From NCBI GenBank assembly GCA_028023455.1, contig JAQFVV010000007.1, forward strand, positions 2,728,001 to 2,792,000: a stretch of DNA of 64,000 bases, written 5' to 3'. The notes under the pieces were generated by a model, which searched no databases, had not been told where the DNA came from, and saw only the letters and a program-made list of their open reading frames with translations. A program made the translations under genes and the position numbers. This stretch comes from Epiperipatus broadwayi. Lineage: Eukaryota > Animalia > Onychophora. The first letter of the stretch is position 1, and every line of letters starts with the position of its first letter. Below are positions 40,482-52,500 of this stretch, piece after piece.

Positions 40482-43400
40482 TATATAATTACAAAACTCT
40501 AGATATATAAATTATACTTATATTCAATCAAACATTACTGGATATATATATATACATGTGTGTATGTGAGGGCGCGTGATGTATATATTATAACTAATAT
40601 AAACAAATAAAAAAAAATGTATGACCGATTAAAAACTTAATTACAGTAATGTATTTTTAAAAATATTAAAAAAGATGGAAAAATATAAATTAGCAAATAT
40701 TTCGGGATTGCTTTTGTATATATATATAAACAATTTTGTGGCCAAAATATATAGTTAGAAAATTATTTCTAGCCGCTCTAAAAATAAACTAATTCTCATA
40801 TACAAGATTGTGTATATAATTTCTTCTTAGTTAGTTTCGAGTTTAGCCTCCTACCAAGAAAATAATTAAATTTTATCATTCATTAGTTTAAAAAAAAGCA
40901 TATACTGTAAGTGTATTTATTTGCTTTTAAAAAAAACCCACTTATATCGATAGAGTTAATCAAATCCGAAATAAAGTTATTGATAATAAGAGATCAAATG
41001 TAAAAATAAAAAAAAAGACAAAGCTGTAATAGAAAGTTAGCTTTTGTTTTTAAAAAAAAATATTGAGAAAACGGGAAAATGTATATGACTCCCGTCAACA
41101 AATTATTGCTAATTGGTGAATAATAAAAAAGGCTAGAAGCAGTTTGAAAACAAATGCATAAAATGAAAGTAAAGAAATAGTAAGAAGATTACAATCTAAA
41201 ATAAAAATTAATTTTTATTTATTACATAAAATCTTTTTTTGATAGCAGATATGTAAACGAAAACCTGTTAACTTTATTTAATAATTCATCAGAGGCTTTT
41301 TGTTGCGAATCAGATTCAATGTGCCTGCTTATAATAGACTCTAAGCTTACATTTAAAATTATTATTGTTCTTGAGTTAGCGTCTCAATCCTAGAAAGAAG
41401 AGGATGGAGTTTGCCATTATTAAAGATTTTTTATGTAGTTGTGGTGGCTTTTCATTTTTAATGTCTTTAGTGGCTGTCGATTAGTTTTTGGAATATGCAA
41501 AATTTCTGAAAGTAATGAAATTATATTTCTGACGTATAATGTAGAATAAAAAAGCAAAATTTCCTTTAAAAACTTACAATATAAAATGCTATTCGGGCTC
41601 TGTAAAAAATAAACGAGTTTTTAAATATATATTGTGTGAAAAATATATTTATTTTTAATATTTTTTTATAAATCTTTTTCTTCTTTATTTTAATAATAAA
41701 CGAAAGAAGCCACTTTTGTTTATTTCTAATAATTAACAATTTTATTATCTTAACTTACTTTTGAAACTTATTTTATGTTACAATAAATTGACAATTTTGA
41801 TAATAATTTAATATTAAAGAGAGAAAGAAAAGTTTTACTCAGGAATTTTAAAAAAATAAAAGAGGAAGAAGGGAAAAAATATGTAAAAGTCGCTGTTAGA
41901 ATTATATTGGATATTTTTTTATGAATAAAATTTTCATGTCTAATTAATATATATATACACATTAAACTAAAAATTGTATTTATTTGAAGAGTGGTCCATT
42001 TCGTTTCATTATTATCATAAATATTAGTATCCATTAGTAAATGAATAGGGCCTCTGTTAATAGAATTTATGACCATTCTAACTTCAGAAAAAAAGAGAGA
42101 TAAAGTAAAAATACTAACAAAACGTTAAAAATATGTTTTGCACAACTGTATTAAATATATATACTCATGTTCCATATATTGATTCCAAAGCCACAAACTT
42201 TTTTTCATCACTTTGTCTAATTATAGTTTTCTATCATATTCTATTCTCATTTGCCTCTGAGCTTTTAACCTAACAATGTACATACCCGACATTTGTGCGC
42301 AATATCCTGGTTTCCTTTACTGGAGAAGGGAGTGAAGAAGATTGGATTACAATAATATGATGGTTGTTTACGAAGAAATGGAAAGTTATACTCAGAAACT
42401 AATAATGAATGTTATGATTTTAAAAATTGTCTTAAATCGAAGTTTATCAGAAGAATTTGTGTATTAAAAACAAAATTGTGTAAATTTTCCCATTCTCACT
42501 ATTTTAAAATGTCTTTGAGATCATAATTTAGCTGGATCTGTCTTTTTAAAGAAAATTATGTGAAATCCGTTCCTGTGATAGTAGCTTTAATATCACTACA
42601 TCCAGAAACTAAAAACATGTATCCAAATATTAAGAATGCATTCTTAAAATGACTTTTTCCCAATGTCTCTATGTTATAACAATAGCAGGGTATATTTCAT
42701 TTCCATACAATAACTCTGGCAGAGTTACAATCCTATATAAGTAATTTACTTGAAATAATTTTACCATTATGGTTCTTTTAATTTGCTAAATGCAGCATTA
42801 ACACAATAATATCTCTATTACACTTTGACATCCAATCTGCCTTCCTGTCTAAAAAGTTACAAAATATTTAATTTTTTTTTAAAGTTGATAATCATCCACT
42901 ATAAAATTGTCATCTGAGCTTTTTGAACTTTAATTAATTACCAAAACAAAATCGCTATATTACATTCAACTTATCAGAAATATTCAGTAAATCACTCTTT
43001 GAATTTAAAAAAAAAAAAGAAGGCATAATCATTTGCATAATGTGAATATAAAAGCTGAAAATATAACGTTCTTAGTTTTTTCTTTTAATCAGTTTAAATT
43101 AAAAAAATTAAGTTAAAAATTCGACCATCAAATCAAATCTTGACATTTCTTGAAATCACCTATAAATAGTTACAAAAAGAGTTGTCATAAAAATGGAAAA
43201 CAAAGTTGGGCATAGAACATACTCCTTGTTTAATACCAGTTTTTAATTTAAATTACTCAGATTTTCTAATTATTAATACACTATTTTAATTAAGAATCAA
43301 ATATCATTTATGTAATGCAAAATTAGATTTTTTGCTGATTGATTAGTGAGTATCCTTGGATACAGGGAGTTGGGAAGCAAACCTGCAAAAATCTTTAATA

Positions 43401-43744
43401 ATTTATATTTATTGGGAGCAATTTGTTTTTTAACTATTTATGTGATATTTGCAATAATAATAATTGTTTTAAATAATGTTAAGATAAAATAAAAATTCAT
43501 GACGTTGTTTCCTCCTATTTAGGTATATATTTGTTTACTTATTTATATTTCTCAATATTTCATTCATCTCCATGAAGGGGGAGGGTCATTTTAATTTTCC
43601 AAAACATGAAATCCTCTAAAAAAAATAAGGTAAAATTAGGTTCTTTTGACTTTCTATTCAATGTTTACCTTTAATCCCTGCAATAGGATATAAACAATAT
43701 TTATTTGGCTTTTGTCTTATTTTTATCCTTATATTAATGATTAA

Positions 43745-43858
43745 AAGTCAAGCGTTGTTAGCTGAGAGGTCATCGCAGCCGCCCTGCAAGCAAGTAGTTG
43801 GTTGCAGACGGTTGTGGGTTCGCGTCCCGGCCGATGCTATGACATATGAAAAAAATAA
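43745..43858 (+). mobile_element. tRNA-Gly-derived SINE/retrocopy with A-rich tail and 12-bp TSD
   Basis: GCGTTGTTAGCTGAGAGGTCA...AGCCGCCCTGCAAGCA...GGGTTCGCGTCCCGGCCGATGC has A- and B-box-like motifs. Flanked by ATTAATGATTAA at 43733-43744 and 43859-43870. Confidence 0.8.
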
Positions 43859-45329
43859 ATTAATGATTAATATTAAAATACTTTTCAAAAACTAGTCAAG
43901 CACAAAATCATAAAATCATTTTGTGATGCTTTGTTATAGAACAACTAATTCGTAACTTTTGTGTTAACAATAATTTTTAAAGTTGCAATTATTAATTATA
44001 AAAGATAAATTTGTATTAAAGACTGTTTAATAGTGCAGAACACACTTATACTGAATAACATTGGAATCTTATTTAAAAAAATCTCTCAAACTAAATTAAA
44101 ACTGTAGCAATAATGTCCAACACATTTTAACTGTAAAACTTATTTTGAGTCAGTTTTAACTTATCACAAGTATCATTTAACAGTAAAATAGATATCTGTG
44201 AAACTTCCTTAAAAATTATGTTATTAAAATTTTAATCTACTATTATCCTAATATACTATAGTCTATTTATTATTAATTCAGACATTCTTAAAATTTGGCT
44301 GTAATTAGACAGATTCTTGAAATCATTCTCTTTTTTTTTATTTTTTAAAAAACAACTAACTAGAATTGTTCTAAATTAAAATTTATATGATAATATTGTT
44401 TGTTATTTGAAAATGCCAGTAAAGACTTTTGTAGACCGTCATAGCAGTACAACATAAAGTATATATATGCCATAAGAATCTGATTGTTAAAAGAATAAGT
44501 GACCTAATAGTAATGGCTATTCTAATTTTATCTGTTCTCAAAGGATAGTTAATTTATCTAAACACAGAATGAGCATAATAGTTCTGTTATTTGACCAAGC
44601 CATTTTTTTTCATAGAAGGGGGATGCATTAGCCATAAATATTAAATGGAAATTTAAATTTTTTTACATAATTTAAAAAAAAGTATTTTGGCAATGCCTGA
44701 CAAAGAATATCTCTTGCTATTTGTTGGTTCATCAAAGTCTTTTCTGTCTCCTTTCTTTCCTTTCTTACATCACTTAAATTATTGTAGGAACTGATTATCA
44801 TTGCCTCTCATGCGTTTGGATGTCTCTAATAAACTAATTGTGACAATCGGATTGTGTGCTTGAGTGATCACTTCTCCATCATTTAACTATATGGTACAGC
44901 ATTTATGATTTTAAGTGCATCATTTTTCTTAATTTGAGTTCAAGCTCTTGTGAATTAAGAAAGCAATGCTAAGACAAGCTTAGTAGTCTGACAGTCATTA
45001 GTTGTGATCATTGTTTGAGACTATATAATCACTAATAAATCTGTTTGGAATTGGATTTGTTTGAGACATGAGTGTCAGCTGGCAATGATTATTTAGGCAT
45101 CGCTATTTACGGTTACCACAGAAACAAAAGAACCTAGAAAAATCTAAAAATGGCCAGTCTTACACTGTTTTATTAGATCGTCATGATTGGCAGATTATTC
45201 ATTAGTAAGCATTGGTTATTCAGACGCACAATAGAGGACTCCAGAATAGAATATATTAAATTACTGTTTCTATTGCAATTTGTAAAAACAATTCTGAAAG
45301 TTATTTTGTGGCAAATAAAAAATTAAATC

Positions 45330-45770
45330 TAAAAAAAAGATACTTGTTAAACATTTTGTTTGAAATATAGTTAAATAAGTAGTAAAGTGGGCAATTGAAA
45401 AAAAGAGAGAACAAAAGACAGAAATGCCATAGAGATGAGTACTTGGAAAAAGAATTAAAAAGATAAATTTTGAAGATTCATATTAGTATTGCAAAAGAAT
45501 TAAAAAGAATAAGTGAAAAATATCTGTTAAGAAAATTTTGAATAGAAGAATTATATTATGCATGTATTTAGAGAGAGAGAAATTTTGAAAGAAATGTTGG
45601 TAGTGACTGAAATAAATAAGAAAAAAAAAAAAATCAGAAGAAAAAAATTACTATATGAAGAGAAGGTTATGAAACAGAATGACTTGGAAAAATCATCTGA
45701 TTTGATATTTATGTCTTGCCTTTTAGCAAATAATTAATGATAGTGATGATTATTATCATCATCATGATTT
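45330..45770 (+). mobile_element. Old RTE/BovB-like LINE 3' fragment (different family)
   Basis: Frames read ILVKHFV*NIV...KWAI...AIEMSTWK..KINFED (cf. LVK.LVWS..LYG.E.W...AFEMW.WRR..I.W.D). Ends in a gat-rich tail at ~45735-45770. Confidence 0.45.
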
Positions 45771-47202
45771 CCTTGCTTAAAAGTCCACTCTGGAACTGTG
45801 AACTTTTAAATATACCGTCCTCAGTACTTCTGTAAATTGTATTGCTGCAATTGGAATGATTTTTTAAAATAATCTTTGTTTTGTAGAGAACTTTGATAGC
45901 ATTTATTATTATTTTTGCTAAGAGCTGCAGTAATTTTTTTGAAGAATTGTAGTCGATTTTGATTATGATAAACAGAAGTAGAAATTAGTGGAATGTTTAT
46001 AAAGGACAGCTCACACAAGAGAGCATAAATTCATTCATCCCATGCATATTTATGATGTAAGTGTTCATTAAAACTTAACCAATGTCTTTAAAAGTAAAAT
46101 GCTAATTGTGTTAAGCTGCCGATATTTTGTCTGTCGTTGGAGATGAACTTAACATATGTACTTAAAAATATATATGAATATAATCACCAAATAAATATCA
46201 GCTGAGATCGTTATTAATAATATTATTTAGCAAGGGTTAATTGCTTTGAAAGTTATATGAGTTTCACCCCAAAAACTACCAGTTTAGTTTTAATCCAGAA
46301 ATCTTTAGTTCTTGAATCCATTATTCTGGCCATATTAGATGATAAGAGTAATCATTGCAAAAGGCTAAACAAGTAACACCTTTATTAATACTCTAGTACT
46401 AATAAATTACAACACTAAATAATCTGAAATCAATAATAAAGTTAAAATAAATAATATTATTCTTTTAAGTAGTCATCCAATAGGGACAAATTCAATTTCA
46501 GCCACCTAAAAAAGATTTTTATGTTTTACTCCGATTTAAATACCTAATTATGACATACAAGGAAAGTGTCTTAATCATTCCATCCATTGGCTTTTATAAT
46601 GGGTGAGCAATTTAATTATATATTTTTTCTTTATACTATTAATCTTGAATAAAACCTGAGTTTCAAGAACTCAACCTGCCTTTATTAAGTTGTATAACAT
46701 TTATAATATAATGAGGGTAATATATTGTGCTAATGTATTTTTATATATAAATGTAGGAAAAGAATTTAATAAATTAAAAAAAAATTAAAATTACTGCAGG
46801 TTTGTGTGATTTAAAAACTTTGCTCATTACATGCTTTGTGGAACAACAAATGTAGAAAAGGAGTAACTGAAATGCAAATATAATTATTTTGATGCACCAT
46901 TAAATAATTTATTAGAATATTGGAATATACAAGAGTTGAAGTTTAAAAAAAAAAATTTAAATATATTTGAAATACAATATAAATATGGGTTTTTTTCTCT
47001 TGGACAACTTTGAAAGATTATATTAAAAAAAAACGCCCAAGATTTTTCATTTTTAAATTTATTTCAGATAACTGTATATTGATTAATTTAGATGCAAATT
47101 TTCGATTTTTTAAAAATTCAATATCTTTTATTAAACTCAATAACTATTAATATAATGATGCAAGAAATTACTCAGAACTTATATATATATATATATATAT
47201 AT

Positions 47203-49868
47203 TGAAGCAATGGATATGGAAGCCAGATCCATGCTTTACAGCCTTACATAAACCAACCGGTATTTCAAACCTGGTTTCTGCCTGTATGAAAGTATTTAAC
47301 AGAATTTTGCATTAAGCAAAAATATAAAGTGATTTTCTTATCTGTTTATCGATCTTTGAAATTATGTATTCAGATAGAAATAATTTAGTAAAGTAAATGT
47401 AATTAAAAGAAACTGTGGTTTCATAAAAATATTTTCATGTGATTTATTTAGATAAGCCTTCCAACATTCCTTAATAAATTAAATTTAAATTAGAGTTTCG
47501 TTCAGGGCAATTAAGTATGGCCTCTTTAATAATAAAAAAAACGATGAAGTTAAAGCAAAAATAGATTACAAAATCATAAAGTTTGATTTTAGTAAAAAGA
47601 AAATTGTTTTGAAACAAAGGAGAGTGGGGGCTTGTCAAGATGTGAATGATATGAAACAAAATAGACAGAGTTTTTGCAAAAAGGTATAAATAGTGGGGGA
47701 GAACAAAAGGAAAGAGATATGTAATTCTTTTTTTGGAACGGAAAGAATGAGAGGTGATATGGTTGAACTACTAAATTTTTCAGATGAGACCATGTACAGT
47801 GGCTAGTTTTATCAGCTTTGCATGCCATCTGGGTTTCTATTCAGCCAAATGCCAAAGATGTGTGATAAAGGGAATCGAACTGTTGAACTGTCTGCCTGTG
47901 GTCGGTATTGGTATTTCACATAATAAGCATGCTATCTTTACAAATGAATTTCCAGTCGACAAGCTAATCAAGACATCATGCGAATTGTACCATTGCAAAG
48001 ACCAAAATCTGGTGCCAGTAACATTTTAAAATAACTCCTCACGAACTTTTAATTTCCATATTTTCTTAAATATTCATTTGTTCTTATTAGCATTTAACTC
48101 TTTGACATAATATAATGTAATTGTATAAATGTAACTTTATATTATGCCATTTGTTGTTTGATCATTCTTTATAATTCCATGCTTTCATTCTCTGTTCCTC
48201 ATTTCTTAAATCAAATCAGTATTATATATTTCTTTTATTGTTCATGTGGAGTTGGTATTAATCTATAGGTATATTTTAAATGTTATATATTACTACTCAG
48301 GTAATATGTCTGTTCGATAGTTAACCAGTTCAATCTCCTTGATAAAGTTTAATTTATTCCTTTGTAGCTTGAAAGATAAAAGTTTTATTTTCTTTAAAAA
48401 GAAAAGAAAAAAAAGGGGGGGAGGTAATTATAGACATTTTAAGTTAGGCGTATGGTATGAGTTAGTTATTAAAAGCATATGTAAAGATTTTATTCCACCT
48501 TGCTTTATTGGGAAGATTTCTTTCTTATTAAATGGGTTTCATTCAAACACATAGGTTGCCACACATGTGGCGGGCTTGGGTTAAAATTTAATTGTGTGAC
48601 ATCATTAGACTTTAAATAACTGGCCATGTAGTCTGGATTTTGGGAAATACTTTTAGTGCTGCCTTTATTTTGTTTTATTCTCATATTAGCTTGGGAAGTT
48701 TCTTTTATGTATTTGTTTTCCACTGGAAGATTGGCTGTAGTTGATTTGTTGTTGTGCATGTTTATTGCTCATTTACTCTACTTAACTACAGATTTGCTAG
48801 AGAGAAAAAATCTTTTATTTGCCCAGATTACCATGGCCATCCAATTTAGATAAATGTTTCTCATTTTTCTCAGGATATGAAGGATTTGGGTAAATGTTTA
48901 GCTAGCTAAGCTAGGCTGGCTGACATTTTGTTTTCTTCACCTGAAATTTGTCTTTATGTGAATGCACATAATTATTTCTATTTTGCTTTTCTCATTTGGG
49001 CTTTCATGTTCAACGTTATACGAGTTAAGGTTGGTTGGTTTATTTTATCACCAGGCAGGAATAATATTCTTATGCATTGAGCACTCATCAGCAATTACTT
49101 AGTCTTTCGCATTTGATGAAAAATCAATTCTTTTTAATTTCTATTGAAAAGGGGGTTTTGAAAAAATATCAGTATTTTAAATTAAGCTTTATACTTGTTT
49201 GTGCACCACTATTTTCAAATTTATTTCCTGCAGGCCAGACTCAAAGAAATATTATTGTATAATTTTGTTATGGTAGTAATAAATTACTGTAAAGTTCATT
49301 CGAGCTCGCTCATGCAAATATGCTGTTAATTATTTAAATGTTAAAGTGGACCAGGGTGGCAAACCTATATTTTATACTGCAAAAGTAGTATTTAGATCTT
49401 GAGATTATGTTAAGTTTACTGAATGATTTGGAATAGTGGAGAACAAAGCCTCCATTTTATTAATATCTTTATTAAAGTATCTTATCTTAATATGAAAATA
49501 AAAAAAAGTCTGTGTTATTTATTTTTTGTAAACATGATATTTTGATGTTAATCTATTTGATAAATTTCCAATGATTCAAGTATCGCAGATAGTCTTTCAC
49601 ACATGACCTGAGTTATGTATCATTATTTGAGTTAGATTTAATGAAGTAGTTTTAGTCGATTGTTTCTCCCTGATGCTAGTGGGACAGGTGGAAAATATGA
49701 ATCTATGCATGTCTTGGACATGTTGATTCATTGTTAGATTCAAAAGGTGGATAAACAGGGCAGAGTACCTACTATTCTTGATTTTAGATCTCATGTATGA
49801 TTGGTCTTGAGGTACTTTTATCTACATTTCGAACCTGGTTAAATCAGCACACACATTTGACCAGCACA
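47203..49868 (+). repeat. 5' LTR (2666 bp)
   Basis: Begins TGAAGCAATGG and ends CCAGCACA. Colinear with 56450-59295 throughout. Confidence 0.93.
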
Positions 49869-49889
49869 GTACATTTTTCCCCCAAGCTT

Positions 49890-49904
49890 TGGCACCCAAC
49901 GGGG
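49890..49904 (+). other. Primer-binding site complementary to the tRNA-Lys 3' end
   Basis: TGGCACCCAACGGGG versus the canonical Lys1,2 PBS TGGCGCCCAACGTGGGGC (one CpG-type change, one deletion). Confidence 0.8.
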
Positions 49905-50575
49905 TGAATTTTATTGTTGAAAGAAAAAGTTAACACTCCAAGAGTTTATTTCTTGAATATATAAAGAAAAGGGAAGCAAGATGTGTCAATATATGTATAG
50001 ATTTTTTTCTTTTCTGAATTGGTTACTAACGCACCCTAAAGGCATGTGGCTGTAAATTAATGGAAAAAAAGAAATATGTTAGTGTATATGTAAAAAAAAA
50101 ATTCTGACCATTGTTCTTCTTGTCTTTAGTCTTAATTCTTTCTTCCAAAGTATATAACTGTGACATGGTTGGAAGTTTCAAATAAATACCCACCCACCCT
50201 CCCTTATATTTTTTTAATTCTTCATAGTTTTTGATTTAAAAAGAAATAAATGGTTTTAAAAGGAAATTTGCATGTTGTTTTTTCTTCTGGATAGAAACAA
50301 CCCATCTAAAATGTATTTTAATAGTAAATATAAATGTTAGCCAAGTTAAATTTGTCAGCCAAGATATATATTGTGAAATCACTTTTGGAGTAACCATTAG
50401 GTGAAGACCTTTGGAGTTGTGATTTTTGAATTGTTTACTAACCTGAAAGAATATGAGCTCATATTCAATTGTGTTTCCATTATATTAGCGACATTTGCCT
50501 ACTAGCCTGAAAGAATAGGAATATGTGGTTTGCTATATCTTGATATTCTCAGTCAAGGAATTCATGTACATGTTA

Positions 50576-50671
50576 AAACACTTATATATGTATATCTGTA
50601 TGTGTACGTATATGTATTTATGTAAACACTTATATATGTATATCTGTATGTGTACGTATATGTATTTATGT
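50576..50671 (+). repeat. Exact 48-bp tandem duplication in the Gypsy leader
   Basis: aaacacttatatatgtatatctgtatgtgtacgtatatgtatttatgt occurs twice. Confidence 0.95.
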
Positions 50672-51438
50672 ACATGCTTATTTAATCATTTAGATGTTTA
50701 TATATATTGGTATATATTTTATGCATTTAGTTATATTTAGGGAAAATCCATTTTAGGTAAGTGTTTTATGCCATATATGTGTTAAGATGTTTAATTGTAT
50801 AACCTGCTTGTTGTTATGACCAAAATGGTAATTGGTTTCGATCCCAAGTTAATAATTCAAAGGTGGGGTTATATAAGATTTTTTTGTTTGCTTCTTATTA
50901 TATTTTTAATGTATTTATGTGGTAAAGGAAAGAGAGAAAGAAAATTACTTATTCATGACCAAAATGGTAGCTGGTTTCTATTCCAGGTCATGCAGTCCAA
51001 CTTACTTGGCTCATGTATGTTCAAAAAAAGAGAAAGAGAAAAGAGATATCAAACCAGAACAAGGATGATACTCACTTGGCCATGCATATTTTTGGAAAAG
51101 TTTTTTTTTGTTTGTTTGTGCGTTAAATAGTCAATGTAAGGAATACATTCATGAATATAAGTGAAAGTCAGTGTAAGATAAAAATAGTTAGTTGTGATGT
51201 CTCCAAAATAAACTTTGTTAATGTGTGCTTGGATCATTGGCTCATAAAAATAAAAAAATAAAAAGTTTATATGGGTGTTATCTTGTTGGCTTGTGCCCTT
51301 TCATCAAATAAATTTTGTCAACAAGTGTATTCATCCATATCATTTTACAATAGGTAAACAAAGCCATTATTATAAAGGGTGATCATAAATAAGAAATGTA
51401 TACTTTGTGAGGCACCAATGGCGTAATCAAGATAAATG

Positions 51439-51493
<55 letters not shown>
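51439..51493. repeat. (TA)n microsatellite inside the Gypsy leader
   Basis: Directly visible. Confidence 0.95.
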
Positions 51494-51495
<2 letters not shown>

Positions 51496-52500
51496 TCACA
51501 TTTTTGTATATATCAAAATGTTTGTACTGGTGTAAAGTTTAACTAATATTAAATGCATTTTAGTTGTTTCAGAGGTCAGAGAAAAGGCTGGGTCAAAACT
51601 AAGCAATTTTTTGTCATTCAGGGCGTAAAGTATCAGTGACAATAGCAAACACAGCAGTCAGTAGATTAATTTATTGAATAGCAATAGTATAAAAACAAAA
51701 AAAGAGAAGGAAAGTGAGGAGTATATATATAGAATAGTGATAAAATAGCTGCAGACAGAGCAGATTTCCCATGAAACAAAACAACAAGGTTGGACATTTT
51801 AAGTGGAGGACTTCAGATGGTGGGCAGAGTTGTAAATGACAGATAAATAAAAAAATAAAAGTGTTATATTTAAAGAAATTTTTATTTGAAAGGTATAAAT
51901 TAAATATAATCATATAACTAATAGCAAAGCATTTTTTTGTTGTTGTTAGAAACATATTTTGGTTTTTCTTGGGCAAGCTATCACTGTACTAGAAGTAAAC
52001 AATAGATAACACATTGCTAATGTATAGCAAAATAGTCAACATAGACCAAAATGGATAGTGACAAAAGAAGAAAAGTTAGGATAAAGTTAAGATCAAAACA
52101 GTGAGGAAGTAGTGTTTAATCCTCCTAGAGCAGCATCACAGAGTCACGATCACCAAGAACAAGATAACATTAGAGCAGTGGTCAAAGAACTTAGAGAGGA
52201 AATACAAATGATGATGACCATTTGGCATGAGTTCATGAGGGATACTAGAATGAGTAAACCATCTACAAAAAATATACAATATCTTCAAAAACAAGATAGA
52301 GAGATAGAACTATCACCAAATTATGGCAGACAATCCCATCTGCAGGACTAAAGGGCAATGCTGGACTAAAGAATGATGCAAGAGCAACACAACACTTATG
52401 TGAAAACTATGGTCGAAAATAAGCAACATAAAGATCCACAGTACCAGGATTTGACTGCACAATCAGAAAAAAAAGAGTAGAAAAAGAAAGTTGGCCAATA

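Noticed and set aside
43751-43838. Functional intron-containing tRNA-Cys(GCA) gene
   Set aside because: The ends match tRNA-Gly rather than Cys, the stems are mismatched, the variable loop is too short, and it has a TSD and A-tail typical of a retrocopy.
37105-45160. Pho/YY1-like AAAATGGC sites suggesting a Polycomb response element
   Set aside because: Sites are few and scattered, and the motif is common in AT-rich DNA; insufficient without ChIP data.
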